Source: a virus. From it: 64,000 bases of DNA. The translations under genes and the position numbers were made by a program. Location of the stretch: IMG/VR virus record IMGVR_UViG_3300042445_001604, positions 19,367-83,366 of that record, one strand, 5' to 3'. The notes under the pieces were generated by a model, which made no database searches, was not told where the DNA came from, and worked only from the letters and a program-made list of their open reading frames with translations. This document shows, one piece after another, positions 9,110 through 19,800 of this stretch (the first letter of the stretch is position 1; each line of letters opens with the position of its first letter).

Positions 9110-12100
9110 TTAGGTCAACAATCGCAGAAGTCGGTTGAATTGAGACGAAACTTCCCCTTGGTTGTACACGTCACTTCCTGACATGAAACCTCGGAGTTCC
9201 TTCGTTGCAATGTCGGCTTCTTCTTTGCCAATCTTGTCCTCGACACGAGTGATGAGGTCTTTTGCAAGACTCTTCAACGTGGCGGGGAGGTCGCTAAATC
9301 GCACTTTGGTCGCTTGGTTCTCAAACGGAAGTGGAAGGTTAGCAATCGTCCTACCCAACTCAGTAGTTGTGGCACGAACATTTTCAACCGACTTGGCGTT
9401 GAGTGCGCCAGAGTCGAGCCTGTCGATAGTGTTGATGAGGTCAGACGCGGACTTGACAGCCCCCGCATAGTTACCAACATTACCGATAAGATTTTCTGCT
9501 TCTGCAATCTTGTCAATGACATCTTGGTTACCAGAAGTACCAAGGTCCTGCCTCAACCGAGCAAGCACGAGACGGAATCGACCCTGAACGTCGCGAGGCT
9601 GAGTCTTACCGGGAACATACTTCCCGTCCTCACCCATTGGAGTGCCCTCTACCTCGACGTTGACTTCACCGCTAGGTGCAACAATCTCTTGTCCTTCGGC
9701 GGGAGCCTTTGCTTCGTTCTGAGGAGCCTGAGTTTGCGGTGCAGGAGCGGGCGTAGGCTGGTCAACTTCAGAAATTGCACGGTCAATAGCCTGTCCTGGA
9801 ACAGGAACAACCTTCTTCACCAACTTCTCAAGTTCAGCATCGACGGACGAAGCGAAAGCCTCAAACTCCTCGTTGCTTAGTTCAAGCGGGAGTTGCGAGG
9901 TCGCAATCCCGCTAGATGCTTTTTTTGGGTCGGTCTCCGAAACTGCTCCGAGATTATCAAACTCCGCGAGTTTCTCCCGCATTCGGTCCAAGTCAGCAGA
10001 CGCAGTCATTGCCTTCTTAATCCATGTCTCAGGAATGAGGTCTGGCTTCTTGAGGGAGCGTGCACGCTTGATGATGTGCTTCTTGACCTCACCGCGCTCA
10101 GAGTCCTTAGCGCGACCGAATGCCTTGATGGCGTTCTTCAGGTCACCCTCGTTACGAATCGGGTACGCACCATCAGGAAGGGCTTCACCCTTCTTGGCGA
10201 GATTCTTTCGCTGCGCGGGCGAGAACTCAGCAAACTGCATGACAGCGTCGAAAGACTCGACGAGTTCGTCAGTGGATTCAACACTGGCAACAATTGCTTC
10301 GAGAACACCACTCTTGTTGAGGTCTGCGAATACGGTCTCGTACACCATGTAGGCGTCCTGACCATCTTGGTACTCGTGACCCTCAGAGTAAGCCTCTTCG
10401 TAGTGAGGAGCAATAGCAACCATCAACTGCCACTGCCATCTCTGGTGGGCTTCAATACGCCCCGCAATAAGGTCGGCAAGACCCTGCTGGTTGCTCGAGT
10501 TGGCAACGTCAAAAGCCATCTTCATCTTGTCGATGATGATGCCGTTTCCAATGCTGAGGTCGTAGGACATGGTCTGGCACATGGCGTCCTTGAGAGGACG
10601 GTTTTCAATGTCAGTGTTGTTGGCAAAGTCTTCGATGTCGAACGGAGCAACGTGACCAAGAACCCGAATTCCTTCGGCAATGGGGTCCGCAGACGCGCTA
10701 ACATCTTCGTAAATCTTTCCAAAGAGACGGTGGTACTCAGGGAAGTTTGCACCCTCGACATTCCAGTGGTGTCCCTGAGCGCGGTGTGCAAAAGCGACGA
10801 CATCTGCAAGCAAGTCCTTGAGGGTGTCAGCAAGTGCAATGTTTCCGTGCGAGTAAGAGTTGCTTTCGCTTTCCTGAACATATGAATAGTTGAACTCTGC
10901 ACCCTTGACGCGAGCAGTCAGTTCCGAAATCTTGTCCGAAAGAGTCAACTTCTCCAACTTAGCGATACGCGAGTTGAGGTCCGCCATTGGGTCAGCCTTC
11001 ATACGAGCGAGAGTGGCCGCACCCGCCGCTACCAATGCGGTAACCTGACCCGACGCAACCATAGCGCGGGCAATGGGGAATCCGGGGACGTTAACTTGGC
11101 AGACAGCAACGAGTTCAAGTGAACCACCGATAGGACGCCAGTCACCAGACGGTGCCGAAGCACGGAGGGTGCGGATTTGCTCAGGCTGAACTCCGGGGCG
11201 AAGTGCTCCAGCAACCCAAATTCCAAATCGGTCCTCACCAGCGTGAACGTCAGCAACGGCGCTCGCGGTGTCGTCGTAGTGCTTGACTGCGTCAGCAGCA
11301 CTTGCATAGAGAGAAGCGTGTCCACCAGCAAGCGTCAACTGTCCCACAGGAATATCTGCACCTTCAGCGGTACGGCAAACACCAGTGTGAAAGTAGCCAT
11401 ACTTGCTCTTGCTACGCGGGGGCTTTACACCGTTCGAGAGACCGATGTGACTAGTTGACCACGAAGCAATGTGCCCAAAGACACGTCCCTCATCATCAAC
11501 AGTAAGTGGGGTTGCCTTGCCAAGTTTCGGGTCCGTGAACCAGTCCTTGGGAGGCGAAACGGGGATAGCACTCGCAACAAGACCGCACGCCATGATGGCT
11601 GCAGCATCTTGTGGGTCTACCTCATCGGTGTAAATACCGTCTTGCATGATTTGCTCCTCTGGGGCGAATTCGTCCCCGTTGTCTGGCATGTAAATTTTGC
11701 ACTCTTGGAATGCAGGCTTTGGTACTATTGTAACAGCCATTACACGTGCCTTATTTATGTTGATACGGCTCTTCTTGATTTTTTTCTTGCCACTATCTTT
11801 AGCAGCGGCTTCTTTGTCTTCATCTTCTTCCGCCTCGAAGCGGTCCATGTCCGCTGAGACGCCACTGATGAATCCGTTACGGACGAGGCGTTCTGCTTCG
11901 CGCCCATATGCTCCAGTGTCGAACACACCGAAGGCATTTCCAATACCGCCCTCTACGCGTTCCATGTGGTCAATACGACCGACAACTACTGAGCCGTCGT
12001 GACCGTCACCAGTCTTGTACTGCCACAAAAGCGGAAGTGGGAGTTCGCGAAGTTCAATAGCACCCTTCGTGAACATACGTCCGTCTCCAGACTCCATTCC

Positions 12101-15100
12101 CTCAGGGATTACGAGAGGAATGTAGAAGCGTGCGCCCCCACTCATTTGACCGCCAGCAACAAGCGTGCTTGCCTCACCCTTTGACGACTTAGGGTGGCTT
12201 GCAGGAAGCAGGTCGTTGTCAGTCGTGTACTTCTTGTTCTTGGGCGAACCAGACTTGAGAAGGTGCAGGTAGGCGTTGACACGGGCCATTGCCCACGAGT
12301 TGCGGTTCTGGTCGGGGCGGTGGCTGGTCGAGAATGCTCCAGCACCACGGCGATAAACTGCCTTAAGAGTGGTGATGCTGGTCTTACGTCCAGTGTCAGC
12401 CTTCTTGTTGTGCTCCGTGACCTTCTTGCTGAGCGACTTCTCGATGGCGTCGGTGAAAGTTACACCCTTACCAGTGCCAGCAGAGCCCTTTTTGTTCTTG
12501 TCGGAACCCTTGATGCGGTCCTTCTTGGGGGCTGGCTTTGAGCCTGCAGTAGCAGTAACTCCCATGCTCTTATAGACCTTGGCCTTGATGGTCATTTCCC
12601 CACCTATGCGACGCGCAACTGAGCGGTGGTGTCCATCGATAATCTCAGGCTCTCCGTCTTCGTCAATCCAAACCTTGATTGGCTTGTCTGAGTTGAGAAC
12701 TTCTTCTACTCGCCTCATGTTAACCGTGCTCTGAGTAGGAACAAGGTCAGACAACGCAATCTCGTCTTCGTAGTCTTCCTCGGCCTCGTCGGCGTAGTCT
12801 TTGACACTTTCTGGGAGGTCATAAGCAGGCTTAGCAAAGAACTCATCGACACCGACATTTACGTCATCGCCAACCTGATAAGTTGCACCTGCTGTAATAG
12901 GTCCACCAACAGCCCATGCGTTGCAGGTACGTGAGGCGGCGCACTTGAAGTCGAGTGCTTCGCAATAGCCGAGTTCTGCCTGAGAGATTGCAGCGTCTGC
13001 ATCAATCTCCTGAGACCCGCCCTGCTCAATACCCGTGGAGATGCAGTCCAGCATTTGCGGAGTGCGAATAAAGAAGACGCAGTTACCGCAGACGCTCTTT
13101 TTTGCTTCTTCCGAAGAAGTCTTCCACTTGTCTGCTTTTTCCTGCCAGAAGTCATCATTCGGCTCCATCGGGTTGAGGGGGCCGTAACCGACGTTATCAA
13201 TAGCGTTCTGACGGTTCTTGAGGTTGAGTTCAATGTTCTGCGTGGCAGGAGGACATGTTTCCCCGTCGACTGCTGCAGTCAAAGGCATGTCCTCGAGGAG
13301 GAGGTCGGTCTCAGGGCTGTACCCAAGGTCAGTGTTGGTCCGACCAGCAATAAAGTTCACCTTGTCGATGGCATCCTGACGACGAGCGCTGAGAACCATC
13401 AGAGTGTTGATTTCATCCGAATCACGGAGAACATCAGCACTGAACATACGACCGTCGACCTCTTGGTACGAAAGTTCGCGGTTACGCTTGTCTCCGGGCC
13501 ACATGCCGTTCATTTCCTTGTGACGGAGAGCACAGTAACCCTTTGAGCGAGCACCGAGATATTTCTTGAGGTTGCGGACACAGCGAGTCCAGTCACCAGG
13601 AGTTCCCCAGCGAATCTTAAGACCACCCTTGCCGACAGTCCAGTACTTGCGAAGTTCTTCAGCATTGCCCTTGTTACGGTCAAGACCGCCCGCTGCTACC
13701 AGAGCCGAGAAGTCATACTTCTCACCAAGAAGAACTGCAACAGCAAAGTCGAGGCTGTAACCAGATGCGGTAACAGGTACTTCTTCCTTTGCACTCTCGC
13801 CAGTCTCCTGCGACATGTCAACCTGCTTGAGAACGTCGTTGAGGACGGTCTCGTCAAGCGGAACAACGGGGGGAGGTGTAGCCGAGTTGAGGTCAGAAAG
13901 AGTCTGCACATCCTTAACCCACGCTCCCTGCTGACGAGTCCACACCATTGGAGCAGTCGACTTCGAATTCTCAGGAATAAGAACCGACAACTGCATAACA
14001 GCACGGGGGTCATCAGGAGAGACAATAGCCATATAGATAGGCTGAACATCCGTGGTTTCGGGAGTGAGTTCTACGGCTTGGTCACCAGCAGAAGTAATCG
14101 GGTTGTACCAGATTGAACCATTTCCGCCAGAAGCCCTGTCCTGCTTCTTCAGCCAGTTCTTAAGAAGTGGGTGCTTATAGGCGTCAACAGAAAGTTTCTG
14201 TCCAGCAGCCTTCTCCAACTTCCGACCAGCAGGGCCGACGTCAGTAGAACTTGACGGAGTACGAGAATCTACTGGAGCAGTTGGAGCATAGTCCCTGAAC
14301 TGTGCACGCTGAGAAGAAACCCACGAAGGCCAATCAGCGAGCATGTTATGCAAGTCAGCAGGAGTAAGTGCAGGAAGAGTCCCTGGCAGTTGAGCAATCG
14401 GTCGCCCCATCGGGGTACGAGGCTCGCCAACAATTCCAGAAAGGTCAAGCGGGTTGTACGTGTCGGGAAGAGGAGTGGGAGTAGTTGGGTAGACGTCCTG
14501 TCGTGGTTCGCGCACCTGTTGTCCAGCAACTCGAACAGTGCTTCCGTCGTCAAGTTTGACATTGACAGTTCCAGTGGCACGGTCTGTGCTGGTGATGTTT
14601 CCCTGCTTGGAGTTATCTCCGCCCACGGCAACGCGGTCACCAGTCTTTGCAAACTGCCCCGAAGCGTTACGAACCTGACTTTGAGCAGCCTTGGCGCGTT
14701 CTTCGGGAGTGTACTCGGCATTAGCCTTAGTGGTGTCACCAGCAGCAGTCATCGCAAGGTTGACAATGTTCCAGTCAATCTCGGGAAGAGCGTCCATCGC
14801 CATACGGGCTTCTTCTTCGCCATCGTCAAGGTCTTCGACGGAAACAGTGCGGAACGGGTCCTCTTGGAAAAGAGCAGCAATGGTGATTGCAGATTCTGGG
14901 TCAATTGTGACGTGAGTCTTCTCGACATAGTCGTCTGCCCCGTCAAGGTCAGTGTCACGAGCCCAAATATCTGCGTGCATGCTACCGAGGTCATCCCACG
15001 AGCCGTTGTCCCACACGTAGACGTTTCCGTCATCGTCAATCTTGTAGAGACGGTCGATTCCCGAGCCGTCAAGACGGACACGAGCAATAAAGTCAGGGGC

Positions 15101-15760
15101 GTACACATCGTCACGACCGAAGTCGTTGATGTCGCCAACATACTGGTCGTTGTACGCCTGTGCGTCAGGGACAGCCTCGTATGTGGGAAGTGTGTAGCCG
15201 TCAGCAGTAATCGCCTTCTTATTTTCAGACTCGACAATTGCGGACGCCCAACGCTGACCAGCGTCGCCACCCCACAGAGCCCATGCGATACGTCCGTTCG
15301 AGGGGAAGCCGTCTTCCTTCGGGCTCCAGCCCTTACCCTTCTTGTCAACTTCGTGACGAGGGAAATACTTAGCAATGTGACGAACCTTCTCGAGGCCAAT
15401 CTGTCCACCCTTAGCAAGAGTGCGAGCAGAGTTGAGGCCAACAGGCGTCCCACCACGGTTATTCTTCTTGCGCCATTCAAGAGCCTTCTTGGCTTCAGAC
15501 TGGACGCCAGACGGGATAGTGTACTTGCGACCTGATGACGCTATAACACCAATATCCAACATAGAGAGAGACGCTTCAGCAAGTTCTACCGCCGAATCGG
15601 GAACTGGAATGTCGTGCTCAGAAATGCTCCAAGATTGTTCTGAAGACAACACATCAGTGCGCCCAGTCTTGAGGACCATGTTCAGAGCAGGGTCAATGAT
15701 GGCACCATTGCGCTCATCAGCGAAGAAAAGAAGGCTTCCGTTGCTTCCTACGTATTCCAC
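9110..15760 (-). CDS. multidomain prohead/capsid maturation protease polyprotein (Cys-rich, ParB-like, protease, Dps/ferritin-like, DUF6582-like domains)
   Basis: 2216 aa upstream of the MCP; GDGRMF..LPLPLLWQ..HDGSVVVGRID..SGVSAD protease motif; IIDGHHR; HHWNVEGANFPEYHRLF; ALPDGAYPIRN. Confidence 0.8.
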   Translation of the reverse strand: MEYVGSNGSLLFFADERNGAIIDPALNMVLKTGRTDVLSSEQSWSISEHDIPVPDSAVELAEASLSMLDIGVIASSGRKYTIPSGVQSEAKKALEWRKKNNRGGTPVGLNSARTLAKGGQIGLEKVRHIAKYFPRHEVDKKGKGWSPKEDGFPSNGRIAWALWGGDAGQRWASAIVESENKKAITADGYTLPTYEAVPDAQAYNDQYVGDINDFGRDDVYAPDFIARVRLDGSGIDRLYKIDDDGNVYVWDNGSWDDLGSMHADIWARDTDLDGADDYVEKTHVTIDPESAITIAALFQEDPFRTVSVEDLDDGEEEARMAMDALPEIDWNIVNLAMTAAGDTTKANAEYTPEERAKAAQSQVRNASGQFAKTGDRVAVGGDNSKQGNITSTDRATGTVNVKLDDGSTVRVAGQQVREPRQDVYPTTPTPLPDTYNPLDLSGIVGEPRTPMGRPIAQLPGTLPALTPADLHNMLADWPSWVSSQRAQFRDYAPTAPVDSRTPSSSTDVGPAGRKLEKAAGQKLSVDAYKHPLLKNWLKKQDRASGGNGSIWYNPITSAGDQAVELTPETTDVQPIYMAIVSPDDPRAVMQLSVLIPENSKSTAPMVWTRQQGAWVKDVQTLSDLNSATPPPVVPLDETVLNDVLKQVDMSQETGESAKEEVPVTASGYSLDFAVAVLLGEKYDFSALVAAGGLDRNKGNAEELRKYWTVGKGGLKIRWGTPGDWTRCVRNLKKYLGARSKGYCALRHKEMNGMWPGDKRNRELSYQEVDGRMFSADVLRDSDEINTLMVLSARRQDAIDKVNFIAGRTNTDLGYSPETDLLLEDMPLTAAVDGETCPPATQNIELNLKNRQNAIDNVGYGPLNPMEPNDDFWQEKADKWKTSSEEAKKSVCGNCVFFIRTPQMLDCISTGIEQGGSQEIDADAAISQAELGYCEALDFKCAASRTCNAWAVGGPITAGATYQVGDDVNVGVDEFFAKPAYDLPESVKDYADEAEEDYEDEIALSDLVPTQSTVNMRRVEEVLNSDKPIKVWIDEDGEPEIIDGHHRSVARRIGGEMTIKAKVYKSMGVTATAGSKPAPKKDRIKGSDKNKKGSAGTGKGVTFTDAIEKSLSKKVTEHNKKADTGRKTSITTLKAVYRRGAGAFSTSHRPDQNRNSWAMARVNAYLHLLKSGSPKNKKYTTDNDLLPASHPKSSKGEASTLVAGGQMSGGARFYIPLVIPEGMESGDGRMFTKGAIELRELPLPLLWQYKTGDGHDGSVVVGRIDHMERVEGGIGNAFGVFDTGAYGREAERLVRNGFISGVSADMDRFEAEEDEDKEAAAKDSGKKKIKKSRININKARVMAVTIVPKPAFQECKIYMPDNGDEFAPEEQIMQDGIYTDEVDPQDAAAIMACGLVASAIPVSPPKDWFTDPKLGKATPLTVDDEGRVFGHIASWSTSHIGLSNGVKPPRSKSKYGYFHTGVCRTAEGADIPVGQLTLAGGHASLYASAADAVKHYDDTASAVADVHAGEDRFGIWVAGALRPGVQPEQIRTLRASAPSGDWRPIGGSLELVAVCQVNVPGFPIARAMVASGQVTALVAAGAATLARMKADPMADLNSRIAKLEKLTLSDKISELTARVKGAEFNYSYVQESESNSYSHGNIALADTLKDLLADVVAFAHRAQGHHWNVEGANFPEYHRLFGKIYEDVSASADPIAEGIRVLGHVAPFDIEDFANNTDIENRPLKDAMCQTMSYDLSIGNGIIIDKMKMAFDVANSSNQQGLADLIAGRIEAHQRWQWQLMVAIAPHYEEAYSEGHEYQDGQDAYMVYETVFADLNKSGVLEAIVASVESTDELVESFDAVMQFAEFSPAQRKNLAKKGEALPDGAYPIRNEGDLKNAIKAFGRAKDSERGEVKKHIIKRARSLKKPDLIPETWIKKAMTASADLDRMREKLAEFDNLGAVSETDPKKASSGIATSQLPLELSNEEFEAFASSVDAELEKLVKKVVPVPGQAIDRAISEVDQPTPAPAPQTQAPQNEAKAPAEGQEIVAPSGEVNVEVEGTPMGEDGKYVPGKTQPRDVQGRFRLVLARLRQDLGTSGNQDVIDKIAEAENLIGNVGNYAGAVKSASDLINTIDRLDSGALNAKSVENVRATTTELGRTIANLPLPFENQATKVRFSDLPATLKSLAKDLITRVEDKIGKEEADIATKELRGFMSGSDVYNQGEVSSQFNRLLRLLT

Positions 15761-15766
15761 GATGAC

Positions 15767-16402
15767 CTACTCTACGGGGGTTACGTAGTCGGAAATTTCC
15801 TCAGCCGTGAGGTTCTTCTGGTCAAACATGTTGACCAGTTCCTCTGCGGTTTCAGGGTTCACCATGTGTGGTGTAGTCAAGTCAAAAGAGGAGTCACCTG
15901 GAGAAATAGCAAGCCAAACACCACCGACGCGCTTGTAGTTGCCAAACTCATTCATATACATGAGTCCGACGACATTGTCGTCATCATTCGTGAGGGCGTA
16001 GAACTGCTCTCCGCCGTCTTTGAAATAGTTAGCCATTGACTGTTCTCTTTCTTCCTTGGTGAGGTGGTTCTCTGGACTAATCAGAGCCTTGACGGCCTGA
16101 ACAGGCAACGAGATACCGTATTGTGATAAAGCAATCCCATCTTCTTCGAAGACAGGACGAATAGTGTAGTCACCCTCAGAAGTTGAGAATGACATCTTTT
16201 CTATGATACTACGCTCTGCGAAAGTAGGACTCTCGAATACGAGGTCTTCTCCGTCAGGAATAGCGACAGCAATGTCAGAAGTACCCGACGGAACATATGC
16301 GTAAAGAATCGGAGTTGCTTTTCCGTCGTCAGACTTACCAAGCATTCCGATGCTTGGATAGACGAGGCGTCCTTCAGGGCGCTGAGCCACCGTGTTCTCC
16401 AT
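15767..16402 (-). CDS. hypothetical virion-module protein (211 aa)
   Basis: Long ORF in operon context. Confidence 0.7.
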   Translation of the reverse strand: MENTVAQRPEGRLVYPSIGMLGKSDDGKATPILYAYVPSGTSDIAVAIPDGEDLVFESPTFAERSIIEKMSFSTSEGDYTIRPVFEEDGIALSQYGISLPVQAVKALISPENHLTKEEREQSMANYFKDGGEQFYALTNDDDNVVGLMYMNEFGNYKRVGGVWLAISPGDSSFDLTTPHMVNPETAEELVNMFDQKNLTAEEISDYVTPVE

Positions 16403-16424
16403 TCGCTACAAGTACTCTTTTATT

Positions 16425-16799
16425 CTACCGTACTATTTCATCGCCGTCATCGACCAAATCGGGTTCTTCCCCAAGTCCCATCTGCTCAAGAGTGGGAACT
16501 TCTCCGTTGTAGACAACGTCAGAGTCCTCGAACAAAACTGAGATAGCCCACACCAAGGTGTAGATATCTTGAGTTGTTGCGGGAAGGAAGGGACCTTCAG
16601 GGGCCGCACTGATAGTAGTTCGGTCAGGAGCAGCGTAGTAGATGAACTTATCGAGCGCATCAATAGTATCCTGAACTGTCTCGCCCTCCTTGGGGATAAG
16701 CGATTCGGCTTTGGGGTCCCATGTAAAAGTATTACCGTCGACAGTAATATCTACTGGCTCGGTATATTCTTTTTCTAGGTCTTCGTTTTCAATGTCCAT
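16425..16799 (-). CDS. acidic hypothetical protein (124 aa), candidate partner/immunity protein of the upstream HExxH protein
   Basis: ORF directly downstream of the 2249-aa gene; TATAAT just before the ATG. Confidence 0.65.
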   Translation of the reverse strand: MDIENEDLEKEYTEPVDITVDGNTFTWDPKAESLIPKEGETVQDTIDALDKFIYYAAPDRTTISAAPEGPFLPATTQDIYTLVWAISVLFEDSDVVYNGEVPTLEQMGLGEEPDLVDDGDEIVR

Positions 16800-16823
16800 G
16801 ATTATAGGTTACACTCCATCTGC

Positions 16824-19800
16824 TTATCCGATTACGTCTGCACTGGGAATCTCAGTGGTCATGGACGAGTCCGTGTACCACTTGCCAGTTGCCATGTCAA
16901 AGAACAGGTCCTCTGCCATGTACTTCTTGTTCTCTGACTTTGAACCAAGACCTTGAGTCGGGCTCCAATCAGAGAGAAGAAGGAGAAGTCCCATACCGAA
17001 GTGCTTGACCTGCTCGTCGAACTGCTCTACGGGACGACCATAGGTTTTAGCGTTCTTGATTTCGTCAGTCATTTCCTTATCGGTGTACCACTTACCAGTT
17101 GACTCATTTTGGAAAAGCGCCGAGGAATTAGCAGCAAAGGCTCTTCCGTTATACTTGCTGGCGTACACAACCATTCCGTCTCCAACAGATGATTGCCCAT
17201 TGTGTCCAAAGATATCCTGCATAACCATCGTGGCAACTTCGGAGTACTTGTTGTTTGGCGAGAAGAAGTTCTCTGCGTCAGAAAACAGACCTCTTTCGCC
17301 GTACTGCTTGAGCAGGTAGTTAGACACAAAACCGTTTACTGTGTTAAATCCTTTTTCCTTACCGACACGGGTGCTACCAGTCGCACTTGCAAGTTGAGGC
17401 AAAACATCGCTTCCGTCCTTGTCCGTTGAGACAAGGCGGTCGTAGAGCCAAGCGTGCTCAAGTTGCGCCACGTTGGGGCTAACTTCTTGGATGACATGCC
17501 ACAACTCGTGAAGGAATACGTCAGTGTACGGATTTTCGTAGGCACTCTGGAACTGTATGCCTCCCTGTGAGCGACCGTGCTCTCTAGAGACGGCAATCTT
17601 GTAGTGTCCAGAGTACTTTCTCATGTTCCCTCGGCCCTTAGTCGGAGCGACCACTAGTTGCATCTTATTGTTCTGCATAATCTCTGCCAACTGAAGAAGA
17701 ATTGCTCGAGGAACTCGGTTAAAGGCTTCCTGGATTGCTTTGCCCATTTCGCCTCTCTCAGTAATAGAAGACCCACCGTATGAAGAGCGAATTCCAAGAG
17801 CAGACATTGACACATTGTCAAACTCGACTCCGAGTTCTTTCAGAGTGTCAACTGTTGCCTTGTCGTGGGCAATTTTACTGTCTTTGAAGAACTTCTTAAG
17901 TACCTCGCGGTGCGCTTCGAGTTGCTCTTTGGCTTTCTTCTTAGTGCGAAGCATTTCTTCTACTTTTTGTTTAATCTCGGGACTATTCGCCATTGCGTAG
18001 ATAAGAGCAGCGCCGTCTCTCGACCAAGGACTCAAGAGGTCACCAAAGTCTGGTGCATCTGATGTCAGCGTCTCTCCAAGCCCACGAATTTTTTTGTAGT
18101 CTACGTTGAAATTTTCATCGACGTATCCATCGCCAGCCATCTTCTTGATAATCAGTTGAATGTCTTCTTCGGTATAACCAAAGTTAGTGGCGTTTCCTAA
18201 ACTAAAACTAGATATCTCTTTGAGTCGGTCAGCCTCTTTCGTGATAGCGGCCTCTGCTTTTGAAACATCTTCGTAGGTTTCGATTCCTTGATAGCCACGC
18301 TGACGCAGTTCATCGACAACACGTTGCTGTGCAAGTCCCCATGCCTCGGAGCCAAACTCCATCATCTGGTCCTTGAGAGCACTAGCCTCTTCGGTAGGCT
18401 TCGTACCTTTGTAGGTCCTATTTGTACCAATCTTGACATCCGCAGGGTTACTGTTTGCAGGGAGTCTCTTTCTATCATCCTGCTTGAGGCCATATGAGCC
18501 TAAGTTCATAGTGGATGCTGTTTGAGCCACTCTGCCCGCCAGTGAGTTATCACCAGCGGATTTGGTAGTCTCTTCAGTTCCGTCAGTCTGCGAAGCAACA
18601 ATAGCCGCTGCGTCGGCAAGTCCGCCCAGTACCTGAGCGGCGTCGGGGTTTCCGTTGCGCTCTTCCTCTTCCGCGACAACACGAGCAAGTTCAGCCGCTT
18701 GGTCAATAGGCTTTGCAGGGGTGCGGTCAGGCGAGTTACGGAGTTCCTGAATAATGTCAGCAACTTCCTCCCTCGAGTAGACACCTGACATGTCCTTGCC
18801 ATCCATGACACCGAGGTAATAGTTCATCAAACCTGAGTTGCCACTTACGCTGGCATCCTTGGTTGCGAGAAGTTCAAGAATCTCGTTCAACTGTGCAGGC
18901 GTTGCACTATTTTCAGGGTACTCAGGGTAAATCAAAACTGGAATTGTCTCGTTCGGTGTGGATACCGTGTACGCAGCATTCTCAACCGTATATGTTCCAT
19001 CGGTCTGGCGAACAGCAACCGTGTTCTGGACAAGCAACCCATCAGAACTAACTTGGACAGGTGCAATAACAGGGGCGACTGTCAACGTCAAATCTTCAGT
19101 GAACAGCGAAATAAAATCGCCAGGAACTACTTCAGAAGGTCGCTTTTGTACTGTCTCTCCCGCTACGCCAAGAGGCTTCTCAGGAATAACAGTTCCGTCA
19201 GGAAGAACAAGGTCAGAGTTCTCGTCTCGCTGGGCGGTCTGACGCTCAGGCTTGACTGCAGGCGCGAGGGGTGGAAGAGGTTGAGGAAGCAACTCTTGGG
19301 CATCGATACCATCAGCATCTGTGCCGTATCCAGCGCGGGGGTCAGTGTACCCATCCTTATACTTCACTCGCTCGGAGCCATCAGTACCAGTAGCGGTCTC
19401 AATCAAACGGTTGTTACGAGTAGTGGTGATTTGGAATCGTCCATCCTCCCACTGAACCATGATGTAGTCCGTGTAGCGGTAACCACCATTAGCGTCGACA
19501 TATCCAAGACGCTTGACAACCTTACCGCGACGCCTAATGTCGACCTTGAAACTAGGAACATAATCAACGGTATCGCCAACCTCCAGCGGAGTCCGCTGGT
19601 CAAACGAGATGCCCTCGCCATGAGAGTCAAGAGCCTGCTGATTTGAAATTTGAGCGTCATAGGCCGACGCAACTGCGTATAGGTAGTCAATGTCAATTCC
19701 AAGGTTTAAATCCTTGAACATTGCACCCTCGTTTAGACGCTTAACAGCCTTCCCCATCCACACATCATCGTGGCGGTACTTTCCGAGGTAGCGGAAGATT

